64,000 nt of DNA from an uncultured bacterium (lineage in GTDB: Bacteria > Cyanobacteriota > Cyanobacteriia > Cyanobacteriales > Desertifilaceae), in NCBI GenBank assembly GCA_964616725.1, contig CAZTRW010000001.1, forward strand, positions 9,465 through 73,464, read 5' to 3'. Within the stretch, counting starts at the first letter, position 1. The number at the start of each line of letters is the position of its first letter. Below the pieces are notes generated by a model that was not told where the DNA came from, searched no databases, and was given only the letters and a program-made list of their open reading frames with translations. This document shows positions 30,430-40,142 of the stretch, in pieces. Made by a program: the position numbers and the translations under genes.

Positions 30430-32430
30430 TTAAGCGGCTTGTCTGGAACCATCGAGGTTCACTTCTTCAATACGCAGATCCCGCTTGATCGGCAATTGGT
30501 ACAAGTAGTCTAAGGGGTTATTAGGATCAAATAGGGTCTGATCAAACACAGAGAAGGGTTTAGGAGTTGGCTCTACGTCTGGCAATCCCAAGTCTCGTGC
30601 TGCCCGGCTGAATAGATCCAAACGGCGAATCCGTTGCAAAGCATCTACCCAGTTTCTGGGGAAGGGAGTGATGCCCCAACGAGCCAGTTGGTTCATGATC
30701 CAGAGCGCTTCTCCTCGGTTGGGACAGTTGGAGCGATCAAAGAAAAATCGGTTGATAGAGGGCAACTTTTCTGATTCTCCCCCTTTTTCTCGCAGGTAAG
30801 GCTCCAGGAAACCCGGAGCGGTATAGACGCGATCGCTACCCACATATTCCGGCAGGCAAAGGAGATCGAGGATTTCTGGGCGATGACGGGGATCGTCACA
30901 ATACTCACAGGCTTCTAAGAGAGCTTTCAGCAGAGCCAGGTGGATATCTGGGTGCTCGTTGGCATAGTCTTCCCGCATTCCGAATACTTTTTCGGGATGA
31001 CTCGGCCACAGGTCTAAGCTAGTCGCGATCGCAAAGCCTAAATCCTCATGGACAGCACGAGAGTTCCACGGCTCACCCACACAGTACCCTTCAATGTTAC
31101 CCGCCTTGAGGTTAGAGACCATTTGGGGAGGGGAAATTACACTGAGGTTGAGATCGCCATCCGGATCAATGCCCCCACAGGCCAACCAATGGCGCAACAG
31201 GAGATTATGCATCGAAGCTGGATGAACCACGCCCAAGGTGTGGGGTCGATCCGGCGTAGCCAAGAAAGCCGCTTTGAGGTCTGCTAGGGTTCTTACGCCC
31301 TGTTGATAGAGTTTTTTGCTCAGGGTAATCGCATTGCCGCCGCGACTGAGAACCAGAGCAGTAACAATGCTGACAGGAGGTTGCTTGCCCAACCCTAGAG
31401 TGAGGGCAATGGGCATCCCCGCCACCATTTGGGCCGCATCAAGGCGGCGGTTGATTACCCCCTCAGCGATCGCCGCCCAACTTGGTTCTCGACTGAGAGT
31501 AACCTGTTCGAGACCCTGTTTTTTGAAAAACCCTTTTTCTTGCGCCACAATGAGAGGGGCACAATCCGTAAGCGGAATAAAACCTATTTCCAGCGGCTTT
31601 TTCAGTCCAGAGGTCACCACCGCCGCCGCCGGGATAGCTTGTCGGCGTTTCGCCCGTTTTTGTTGGTTGAGAAAATAGATAATATCGTTGCGTAGTCCGT
31701 AGTAACTCGGATGATTGACCACTTCTAGGCGTTGGCGAGGGCGGGGGAGGGGAACATCGAGGATTCTACCCACCCGCGATTCTGGCCCATTGGTGAGCAT
31801 GACAATCCGATCGCTTAACAATAAAGCCTCATCCACATCATGGGTAACCATGATACAGGTAGCATGGCTTTCTTCGCAGATTTGCATCAGGCGCTCTTGC
31901 AAGCTAGCGCGCGTGAGCGCATCCAGAGCACCAAAAGGTTCGTCTAAAAGTAACAATTTGGGGCGAATCGCTAGAGCGCGGGCGATCGCCACCCGTTGCT
32001 TCATCCCCCCAGACAACTCATGCGGGAACTTATGCTTAGCAGGGTGCAAGCCTACCCAGTCAATATGTTGGTTAATCACCTCACGCCGCTCACCCGTCGG
32101 CAGATGTTGCATCACCGCATCCACCGCTAAAGCCACATTTTGAAACACCGTTTTCCACGGGAGCAAAGAATAATTTTGGAAAACCACCATCCGATCCGGC
32201 CCCGGTCGCACCACCTCTTTCCCGTCCAAAACCACACCGCCGCTAGAGGCACGATCTAAACCCGCCACAATCCGTAATAAAGTAGACTTACCACAGCCAG
32301 AATGACCGATTAACGAGATAAATTCACCTTTCTCGATAGAGAAATTAATGTTTTTCAGAGCCACATAGGGATCCCCATTCGGTAAAGGAAACACCTTATC
32401 TAAGTGGTCAATCTCAACAAAGTTGTTCAT
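30430..32430 (-). CDS. nrtC: Nitrate/nitrite ABC transporter ATP-binding subunit C with NrtA-like C-terminal regulatory domain
   Basis: ABC domain followed by GFIPLTDCAPL...CVGEPWN. Confidence 0.9.
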   Translation of the reverse strand: MNNFVEIDHLDKVFPLPNGDPYVALKNINFSIEKGEFISLIGHSGCGKSTLLRIVAGLDRASSGGVVLDGKEVVRPGPDRMVVFQNYSLLPWKTVFQNVALAVDAVMQHLPTGERREVINQHIDWVGLHPAKHKFPHELSGGMKQRVAIARALAIRPKLLLLDEPFGALDALTRASLQERLMQICEESHATCIMVTHDVDEALLLSDRIVMLTNGPESRVGRILDVPLPRPRQRLEVVNHPSYYGLRNDIIYFLNQQKRAKRRQAIPAAAVVTSGLKKPLEIGFIPLTDCAPLIVAQEKGFFKKQGLEQVTLSREPSWAAIAEGVINRRLDAAQMVAGMPIALTLGLGKQPPVSIVTALVLSRGGNAITLSKKLYQQGVRTLADLKAAFLATPDRPHTLGVVHPASMHNLLLRHWLACGGIDPDGDLNLSVISPPQMVSNLKAGNIEGYCVGEPWNSRAVHEDLGFAIATSLDLWPSHPEKVFGMREDYANEHPDIHLALLKALLEACEYCDDPRHRPEILDLLCLPEYVGSDRVYTAPGFLEPYLREKGGESEKLPSINRFFFDRSNCPNRGEALWIMNQLARWGITPFPRNWVDALQRIRRLDLFSRAARDLGLPDVEPTPKPFSVFDQTLFDPNNPLDYLYQLPIKRDLRIEEVNLDGSRQAA

Positions 32431-32463
32431 GATGATAGCAAATAAGTAAAGAGTGAACTCAGA

Positions 32464-33306
32464 TTAAGAAGGTTCACCGGGGACAATCCGGTTGGCAATA
32501 AAAACCACCAACTTATCAAGGAGCAAGCCGACAACACCCACATAGACCAGCGCCAGAATAATCTCACTAATCAGAGAACTATTCCAAGCATCCCAGATGA
32601 AAAAGCCGATACCCACACCCCCAATCAGCATCTCCGCTGCCACGATCGCCAACCAAGAAAGACCCACCCCAATTCTTAACCCCGTAAAAATATAGGGCAC
32701 AGTAGCTGGAAAAAGCACCTCAAAGAAATAATCCTTTCCGGACAACTGCAAAACACGCGCCACATTTTTATAGTCCTGGGGAATGCGTTGCACACCCACC
32801 GCCGTATTGATAATGATCGGCCAAATAGCCGTAATAAAAATCACGAAAATGGCAGAAGGTTCACTGTTACTAAAAGCCGCCAAAGAAATAGGCAACCACG
32901 CCAGAGGTGGGACAGTACGCAACACTTGGAACATAGGGTCTAGGGCATCATAGAGTAAACTGCTACACCCAATAGCCATACCGAGAGCAATCCCCGCGAT
33001 CGCCGATAAAGAAAAACCGATCGCCACCCGCCGTAAACTCGCCAGAATCTGCCAAAACAAACCCTTATCAGTACCCCCATTATCAAAGAAAGGATTAATA
33101 ATCAAATCCCACGTATCTTGCAGAACCTTAATCGGGCCAGGTAAAGGAGCTTGTGGACTCGCACACAGCAGTTGCCAAAGCGTTAAAGTAATCAAAAGCG
33201 CGATCGCCGACACAAAAAACTGGCGCGTATTTTCAGAAAACCATACCAACAACACCGCCCCAGGAAAGCGACGCGATCGGCCACGAGAAGAAGAAGAAAG
33301 AGTCAT
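32464..33306 (-). CDS. nrtB: Nitrate/nitrite ABC transporter permease
   Basis: DKGLFWQILASLRRV, LRTVPPLAWLP, AWLAIVAAEM. Confidence 0.9.
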   Translation of the reverse strand: MTLSSSSRGRSRRFPGAVLLVWFSENTRQFFVSAIALLITLTLWQLLCASPQAPLPGPIKVLQDTWDLIINPFFDNGGTDKGLFWQILASLRRVAIGFSLSAIAGIALGMAIGCSSLLYDALDPMFQVLRTVPPLAWLPISLAAFSNSEPSAIFVIFITAIWPIIINTAVGVQRIPQDYKNVARVLQLSGKDYFFEVLFPATVPYIFTGLRIGVGLSWLAIVAAEMLIGGVGIGFFIWDAWNSSLISEIILALVYVGVVGLLLDKLVVFIANRIVPGEPS

Positions 33307-33343
33307 AAAACAGAAAAAAGGAAAATAGAGTAAAGAGAAAAAG

Positions 33344-34687
33344 CTAGACCTTCTTAATGTCTAACGAATCTAGATAAGCTTGAGGATTCTCAGGGTCAAA
33401 AGACTTACCATCAAAGAACGTCTCCACACCCCGCGACGGACTACTGGGAATATCAGCCGCTGAAACCCCCAGCGCTGCCGCAGCCTCCCGCCACAGATCC
33501 TCACGATTCACCTGATCAACCAAAGCCTTAGTATCCAGCGTCGGATCTAACATACCCCAGCGGATATTCTCAGTCAGGAACCAGAGATCATGGCTCTTAA
33601 AAGGATAGGAAGCAAAATCGCGCCAGTATTTTTGCATCAAATCCTGGTTTTCCATCTCTCGCACCCCAAAATTGAACTTACCCAGAGAGCGATCGATAAT
33701 ATCCTCATACGGAACCTTAAACCATTCCCGTTTCGCCAAAATCTGACACATTTCCGGCTTATTCACATCCAAATCACACCATTGCTGAGCCTCCAAAACC
33801 GCCATCAACAACGCTTTAGCCGCCTTCGGATATTTATCCACCCAATCCGCACGCATTCCCAAAGCCTTTTCCGGATGATCTTTCCACAACTCCCCAGTAG
33901 TTAACGCCCCATAACCAACCTCTTGATTCACCGTTTGCAACGGCCAAGGTTCACCCACGCAAAAAGCCTCCATCGTACCCGTTTTCACATTCGCCACCAT
34001 TTGCGGCGGAGGAACCACAATCGTGGACACATCAGCATCAGGATCAATACCACCCGCCGCTAACCAATAGCGGAGCCACACATCATGAGTACCCCCAGGG
34101 AAAGTCATCGCCACTTTAATATCTTTGTTATTCGCTTTCGCTTGCGCAAAGACCCCTTTGAGGGGAGAGCTATCCAGACTCACCTTCAGATCCTTGTAAG
34201 TATTAGCAATTTGAATCCCTTGCCCATTCGTATTCAGCCGGGCCAGAATATACATCGGCACCGGTTTACCATCAGTAACCTTACCCGTGGAAATCAAGTA
34301 AGGCATAGGCGTGAGGATATGTGCCCCATCAATACCGCCCCCGGCAGAACCGAGGACGAGGTTATCACGAGTGGTACCCCAAGAGGCTTGTTTGACAACC
34401 TGTACCTCTGGCATTCCATACTTGGCAAATATCCCTTTTTCTTTGGCAATAATTAGGGGGGCAGAGTCGGTGAGAGCAATAAAGCCTAAAATCGCACTAG
34501 TTACTTCTGGGGTTTCCAGGGCAGCGGTAGGAGAGGGGGAGGCACTCGAGGGAGTCGCAGCAGAGGGGGAAGGGCTGCTAGTTGCTTCAGGAGCGCTGGA
34601 AGTGCCACCACAGCTATGCAAGAGCAAGGCACTGGTGGTAGTAGCTCCAGCCGTGAGTAGAAATTTGCGTCGCGAAAAGTTAGACAT
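33344..34687 (-). CDS. nrtA: Nitrate/nitrite-binding lipoprotein
   Basis: Tat-like SRRKFL signal; QASWGTTRDNLVLG, HILTPMPY, CVGEPWPLQTV, KDHPEK match NrtA rather than CmpA. Confidence 0.88.
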   Translation of the reverse strand: MSNFSRRKFLLTAGATTTSALLLHSCGGTSSAPEATSSPSPSAATPSSASPSPTAALETPEVTSAILGFIALTDSAPLIIAKEKGIFAKYGMPEVQVVKQASWGTTRDNLVLGSAGGGIDGAHILTPMPYLISTGKVTDGKPVPMYILARLNTNGQGIQIANTYKDLKVSLDSSPLKGVFAQAKANNKDIKVAMTFPGGTHDVWLRYWLAAGGIDPDADVSTIVVPPPQMVANVKTGTMEAFCVGEPWPLQTVNQEVGYGALTTGELWKDHPEKALGMRADWVDKYPKAAKALLMAVLEAQQWCDLDVNKPEMCQILAKREWFKVPYEDIIDRSLGKFNFGVREMENQDLMQKYWRDFASYPFKSHDLWFLTENIRWGMLDPTLDTKALVDQVNREDLWREAAAALGVSAADIPSSPSRGVETFFDGKSFDPENPQAYLDSLDIKKV

Positions 34688-34735
34688 GGATTGGTCAATC
34701 TCCTTGGAAGGGGGCGTTTGCCTTACTCCCTTTGT

Positions 34736-34777
34736 AGGGTAGAGATAAAAAATCTAAGATTTCGTGACTAACGTTAC
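34736..34777 (-). promoter_or_regulatory. NtcA-activated promoter of nrtABCD
   Basis: GTAACGTTAGTCAC (GTA-N8-CAC, one mismatch) followed exactly 22 nt later by TACCCT (TAN3T -10 box). Confidence 0.7.
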
Positions 34778-34960
34778 AAAATATTGCTATCTATTGCCAA
34801 TTCAAATAGTCTTATATGCGGTTTTTACATACGGCCCTCAAGACCTAGCCAGACTCAGGGCTGGTATTATGGGAAAAGCTGGTTTGGTCTTGATGTCTAA
34901 TCCCTCCTTGGCGATGCTCCTACTTACGTTCTCTAGCCCCTCCCCTCTCCATTTTCCTGG

Positions 34961-36166
34961 CTAAACGTCCCCAACGGGTGGCATTGTTTCGTGATGATGG
35001 TGATGAGGATCGTGGTGATGATGGTGATGATGGTGGGAGTGCGTAGTAGTTGCTATTCTCGCAGAATTCACCACTAAAGCCTCTTGAGAAAACAGATTTT
35101 CTAAGTGAGGATTTGCCCAATCTGCTGCCATTTTGAGAAACTCTGGATGATCGTTAGCACATTCCATTTGGATATAGGTAATTTCTGGATGCTGGCGCTG
35201 CAAAGCTTCAATAATATGAGCAACATCTAACAGGGTTTCGTGGTTTTCTGTGACAAACCCAATCGGCATAAACAGAATCGCCTTAGCGCCGAGTTTAATC
35301 AGGTTTTCGGCGGCGAGTTTAACAGGGGGTTGAGTCCATTCGATCAAAGGAGTATCATGGTTGAGCCAGCCGATGGAAATGAGGGGATATTTGTCAATTA
35401 ATTCTTCTCGAACTGATTCATAGAGGCTTTGGCTTTCGGTGATTCCAGAGGTAAATCCTTTGGCTTTGTGAGGACAACCGTGGTTCATGAGCACAATTGC
35501 GGTTTGAGAAGGTAAGCAGGAATCTTGCAATTCATGGGCGATTTTTGCTTCTACTAATTGAGCCATCAGCTTAATGTAAGCCGGTTGGTTATAGAAGGAA
35601 GGAATATAACGCTCTCCAGTTACCCAATGGGGAGTCGATTTTTCTTGAGCGAGGGCTTGATTGACTTGCTCGATCGCAATGCCACTAGTGAAAATAGAGT
35701 CAACCACTAATAGGGGATAGATCAGGAGTTTGTCGAAGCCTTCGGCTTTAATTTCCGCTAATACTTGATGGGGCAGGAAGGGAGCACAAAAGTTAAAGGC
35801 TTTGAATACTTTAACGCGATCGCCCCATGTTTGCTGTAAATACTGCTCAATCCCTGCGCGCTGCTTCTCAAAGATGGCATTATGGGGAGAGATAAAATGA
35901 CCATGCTGGTGATTCCACTCGTGAAAGTCAAATATTGCCAGCAGTTTGGCAAGAGGGGGATAAATCCAGGCGGGCACCGGCGCAAATTTGGCAGTCAGCA
36001 GGTTGAGTGCTTGTTCATTATAGTTGGCAAAGTCATCATAACTTTCTACTTCACCATATCCCATGAGCAGGACGGCAACGCGAGAGGCTTGGCGATCGCG
36101 AAGCGACTCCCCAGGAGTATCGTGAAGCGACTGTTGTTGAGACTGTTTTTCAGAAGTGGTAACCAC
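34961..36166 (-). CDS. Ferrochelatase-like class II chelatase with poly-His C-terminus
   Basis: AVLLMGYG, FNFCAP, LIYPL, MNHGCP, GWLNH, PIGFVTENHETLLD; tail HSHHHHHHHDPHHHHH; no CAB domain. Confidence 0.78.
   Translation of the reverse strand: MVTTSEKQSQQQSLHDTPGESLRDRQASRVAVLLMGYGEVESYDDFANYNEQALNLLTAKFAPVPAWIYPPLAKLLAIFDFHEWNHQHGHFISPHNAIFEKQRAGIEQYLQQTWGDRVKVFKAFNFCAPFLPHQVLAEIKAEGFDKLLIYPLLVVDSIFTSGIAIEQVNQALAQEKSTPHWVTGERYIPSFYNQPAYIKLMAQLVEAKIAHELQDSCLPSQTAIVLMNHGCPHKAKGFTSGITESQSLYESVREELIDKYPLISIGWLNHDTPLIEWTQPPVKLAAENLIKLGAKAILFMPIGFVTENHETLLDVAHIIEALQRQHPEITYIQMECANDHPEFLKMAADWANPHLENLFSQEALVVNSARIATTTHSHHHHHHHHDPHHHHHETMPPVGDV
36092..36123 (+). repeat. HIP1-anchored 24-nt element inside the chelatase gene
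   Basis: GCGATCGC + GAAGCGACTCCCCAGGAGTATCGT; adds 8 in-frame residues on the minus strand. Confidence 0.8.
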
Positions 36167-36942
36167 GGTACATTTCCTTAGTTGATTAACAGTCTCTAGA
36201 GTAACATCCCCTGGGGGGGGATAGACAAGGGCAAGGAGGATATAAAAACCCAGTTCCTGGAAAGTACGGAGAGTGCAGAATATCTTGTTTAGACAAAATA
36301 ATCAGTAAAATAACTGGGATAGCTTCAAAAAAATGTCAAAATCAAGTAATTTCCTGGATGAATGAGTAGGCAAAACTCGGTAAAGTAAAATTAGGCTAAA
36401 AAAAGCCGTTGATAAGGGTGTCGCTGTTCTAAATCGCAACTGGCACGGGTGAGGGCAAGGCTATGAAACCAAGAAGTTTATCGGTATCGATGGTGATAGA
36501 ATCCCTGATGGTAACTGTGGCGATCGCGATCGCCCAAGCACCCCTATCACAACTCACCAACAGTTGGTTGGAGAGCAACCCAGCGATCGTTCAGATGGAA
36601 TCTCAATTGGGAATCTATAGTCATTTCAATTAGGAATGAGAAGGTTTTTTGGGTTAAACCTCTCTAAAATCCTCACCGCCGCCCCAGGGAGGGAGAGGGG
36701 AGAGTTGGAGCCAAAAAGCATCTTACTTCCCTTTCTCCTTATTGGGGAGAAAGGGGTATCGGCGATCGCCTACATGAAAGGCGAATAGAGGGCAACTCTC
36801 AGGGGTTATCTCATTCTGATCTGAAATGACTATAACTCTTAGACAGAGCCGTTGGTGAAACACTGCTAGGGCGATGGCTCAATGCAGCCAACGGCGCAAG
36901 CTGGTGTGAGTTACAGTTAAAACTAACGTTAATGCTGCGCCA

Positions 36943-37359
36943 TTAAGAGTCTGAATCAGAATGGCGAGGAGCCGTCAAAATTTCCCAAGCGGCTAAAGCC
37001 GCTTCTGAAAGGCGATCGCCAAAATCTTGGGCTTGTTTTACGATCTTTTCCCAATTAGTTTCTGCGTCTTTTTGCAGCAACTTAATCGAATTTTCAATCC
37101 GCTCTGGATCAAATAGCTTTTCTTGTTCTAAAGCTTCTTTAGCTTTTTTAACTGAGGTAAGATAGGTTTCGAGGGTATAGGTTCCTGCTTTGTGTAATTC
37201 TAATTGGGCACGAGTTTTAATCGCTTCAATCAGAGCCATGGTTTCATTTCTCACTTTTTCGGTGGCATTTTTCAGCCCTTCATCTTCTTCCACCATGGCT
37301 TTGGTTTCCGCGCTCACTTCCACGATGGTCGGTTGTGGGTTCAGATCGGGTTCACTCAT
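36943..37359 (-). CDS. Hypothetical helical protein
   Basis: 138-aa charged amphipathic ORF with an upstream GAG. Confidence 0.6.
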   Translation of the reverse strand: MSEPDLNPQPTIVEVSAETKAMVEEDEGLKNATEKVRNETMALIEAIKTRAQLELHKAGTYTLETYLTSVKKAKEALEQEKLFDPERIENSIKLLQKDAETNWEKIVKQAQDFGDRLSEAALAAWEILTAPRHSDSDS

Positions 37360-37607
37360 GATTTATATTACCTCAATGGGGACTTATTGACCATTTTGGG
37401 AACAACTCCACCACCATTGTACCAATTGGATGTGAGTTCGATGAAATATTGTCTCTCCCGCTCCCTGTTTGAGAGCAGAGGGGATGAGAGCATCAACGTT
37501 AATGGCAGAGATTTTCTCTCTGGGCATAAATTTTATTGACACCCGTGCTAATTCTCGTCTATAATGATCAGCTTGATTTTAAAAAAAGAGATGGAATTCC
37601 AATTCGG

Positions 37608-38324
37608 ATGACAGTTTGGCGATACGAATATCCCCCGTTATATGCCGGAATTCTCAAACGGCGATACAAGCGTTTCTTAGCTGAAATTGAGTTAGCAACG
37701 GGACAAACTATTACAGCCCATTGTGCCAATACTGGGCCAATGGTTGATGTGTGTATATTAGGAGCGCCGGTACAAGTATCTTACCAGAATAATCCCCAGC
37801 GAAAGTTAGCCTATACTTGGGAAATGATTCAACTATGTCAACCGGAACCGATTTGGGTGGGAGTCAACACGAGTTTACCAAATCGTGTGCTCAGATTGGC
37901 ATTGGAGCAGAGAGTTTTTCCAGAGTTAACTAACTATGAAACCATTAAAACAGAAGTAGTTTATGGTCAAGATCGGCGTAGTCGTGTTGATTTTGTGCTG
38001 ACGGGAAATATCCCCATTTATGTGGAAGTGAAAAATACCACTTGGGCGAAAAATAGAGTGGCTTTATTTCCAGATACAGTGACTGAGCGAGGCCAAAAAC
38101 ATCTGTGGGAGTTGATGGCGTTACCGCCACAATCACGGGCGGTGATGCTCTATTTTATTAATCGAGGAGATTGTGAAAAATTTGCCCCTGGGGAGAGTGC
38201 CGATCCAGTGTACGCTGAATTGCTGAAAAAAGCGATCGCCCAAGGGGTAGAAATTCTTCCGTGTCGATTTGAGATTACCCCAGAAGGGATTGAGTATCTA
38301 GGTTTAGCGGAACTGAATCTGTGA
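37608..38324 (+). CDS. sfsA: DNA/RNA nuclease SfsA
   Basis: RYKRFLA, HCANTGPM, SRVDF, YVEVK, FPDTVTERGQKHL. Start set at the ATG at 37608. Confidence 0.93.
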   Translation: MTVWRYEYPPLYAGILKRRYKRFLAEIELATGQTITAHCANTGPMVDVCILGAPVQVSYQNNPQRKLAYTWEMIQLCQPEPIWVGVNTSLPNRVLRLALEQRVFPELTNYETIKTEVVYGQDRRSRVDFVLTGNIPIYVEVKNTTWAKNRVALFPDTVTERGQKHLWELMALPPQSRAVMLYFINRGDCEKFAPGESADPVYAELLKKAIAQGVEILPCRFEITPEGIEYLGLAELNL

Positions 38325-38339
38325 GGTTCCCGCGTGAAT

Positions 38340-39638
38340 TTAATCAGATTCAGGAAAGAGGAATTTAACCACCTCCTCTGGGCCAACAATAGAGATGTAG
38401 GGAGCAGTGAAATAAGTTTGAGCGATCGCCAATATATCATCAATAGTAACCGCCGCGATCGCTTCCTGAAAGTGGTGATCGAAATCAATCCCCAAACCAA
38501 TTGTTTCATACCATCCCAACACCTGAGCAATCTGAGCATTACTCTGTTTTCCCAAAGCATATTGACCCAACAATTTATTTTGGCTCGTGGTTAACTCTTC
38601 AGGAGTCAAAGTAACCTTCGTCAAGCGCTCCACCTCCCCTTGCAGAGAATTTAAGGCAATTTCCGTATTACTAGGAGCCGTTCCCATGTACACCACAAAT
38701 TGGGAGAGATCTTGACGAGTGGGATACAGGGCAGAAACATCATAAGCCAATCCACGTTTTTCTCGCAACTGGACAAATAAACGACTAGATAAGCCATTCC
38801 CCAGATAGGTATTCAGCAGTTTTAAGGCAGCATAATCTCGACTGCAAACAGATGCACCCCAATAGCCTACCATCACAATAGATTGTTGAGTTTCTTGAGC
38901 TTGAATGATGGGAGGAGGACTCTCCCTAGAGGAAATAGACGGAAACACTAATGGGGGAATCGGATCGGCAGGAATTGTCCAATCGCCCCACTCTTGTTTC
39001 ACCAAAGAGAGTACCTCATTGACCGTAATTCGTCCACAAATACTAATCACGAGATTATCGGGGCGAAAATAAGTTTGATGAAAGATTTTTAAGTCTTCTG
39101 GAGTAATTTGAGAGACACTTTCTGGAGTTCCTAAAGCCGAATTGCCATAAGGATGACTCAGATACATTGCCTCCCGTAACCCTTTAAAGGCTACGGAAAA
39201 AGGTTGTTCTTGTGCTTGACGAATACCTTGCAGGACGAGGCGTTTTTCTAATTCTACTTCGGCCGGGGGAAAACTGGGCGATCGCATCAATTGAGCCAGC
39301 AGTGCAAATAGGGGGGGGAAATCACCAGAAACCGTCTTCAAACTCACCAGAAAATAATCTGCCGCCGCATCTGCTCCACAACTGGCTCCCACTGACTCAA
39401 TTTGTTCCGCAATTTGTGCTGAACTCAACTGAGAAGTTCCTTTGGTGAGCAACGCCGCCACTAAATTTGCCACCCCTGGTTTATCGATCGGATCGCAACT
39501 ACTCCCGGATCTGAGAAAACACCGTGTGGCAATAATGTCAGCGACTGGGTTTTCTACCACCAATATAATGATGCCATTATCGAGTTGTAGGCGATAGATA
39601 TGATGCTGTTTCAGCAAAGAGGGAAGAGTTACAGTCAT
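38340..39638 (-). CDS. M16 (pitrilysin-family) peptidase, non-catalytic subunit
   Basis: LDNG, KGT, SSRLFVQLREKRGLAY; the HxxEH motif is replaced by NLVAA. Confidence 0.85.
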   Translation of the reverse strand: MTVTLPSLLKQHHIYRLQLDNGIIILVVENPVADIIATRCFLRSGSSCDPIDKPGVANLVAALLTKGTSQLSSAQIAEQIESVGASCGADAAADYFLVSLKTVSGDFPPLFALLAQLMRSPSFPPAEVELEKRLVLQGIRQAQEQPFSVAFKGLREAMYLSHPYGNSALGTPESVSQITPEDLKIFHQTYFRPDNLVISICGRITVNEVLSLVKQEWGDWTIPADPIPPLVFPSISSRESPPPIIQAQETQQSIVMVGYWGASVCSRDYAALKLLNTYLGNGLSSRLFVQLREKRGLAYDVSALYPTRQDLSQFVVYMGTAPSNTEIALNSLQGEVERLTKVTLTPEELTTSQNKLLGQYALGKQSNAQIAQVLGWYETIGLGIDFDHHFQEAIAAVTIDDILAIAQTYFTAPYISIVGPEEVVKFLFPESD

Positions 39639-39701
39639 TAGTTAAAGTTACATTGGGGAGTAGAGCCACCCCTAAGAAAGAATAGAAATTGGATCGCGTC
39701 A

Positions 39702-40091
39702 CTACCCCGGATTTAAGTCCGGTCTGAGTTGTTTGGCCCCTCGGAGATAGGGATGATAAACGGCTGTTCCCTCCAGAGGATAATAAGCATGGATCAAAAA
39801 TCGGATACAGTAAGGGAGAGCACCTTCTACGTGCATTTGCTGAACATCGAGTAAAGGAACCTGATCCCATCCGGGGCGCTGCCGGGCGATCGCCGCCGGA
39901 AACACCGCATCTAAGTCCCGCGTTACCGAAAAGGTCACACTAATCAGTTGGTGAGGATCAAGATGATTTTTTCGGTCTAGCTCATCGAGTAACTCCGTCA
40001 CCGCCTCTTGGATCGCCTCAACCGTATTCTCTGCTGCGGTGGTCGCTCCACGAATGGCGCGGACTTGCCAACCTCCGTTCCTATTCTCCAT
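39702..40091 (-). CDS. aroH: Chorismate mutase, AroH class
   Basis: RAIRGATT, DLDAVFPA, CIRFLIH, YLRGAKQLRPDL. Confidence 0.93.
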   Translation of the reverse strand: MENRNGGWQVRAIRGATTAAENTVEAIQEAVTELLDELDRKNHLDPHQLISVTFSVTRDLDAVFPAAIARQRPGWDQVPLLDVQQMHVEGALPYCIRFLIHAYYPLEGTAVYHPYLRGAKQLRPDLNPG

Positions 40092-40142
40092 GCTTATCGA
40101 TCATTGCTGGTCATTGGTGGATACAGACAACTTACCGCTCAT

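Noticed and set aside
29646-32143. Several 80-140-aa plus-strand ORFs antisense to nrtC/nrtD
   Set aside because: These are typical shadow ORFs opposite conserved ABC motifs, with no independent signals. The same holds for most short overlapping ORFs in the track.
30430-34687. cmpABCD bicarbonate transporter instead of nrtABCD
   Set aside because: The binding-protein motifs match NrtA, and the promoter has NtcA-type architecture.
36848-36895. GCCGTTGG...CCAACGGC stem as a riboswitch or tRNA-like RNA
   Set aside because: Only an 8-bp closing stem with no recognisable conserved motif; it could be a 3' UTR hairpin.
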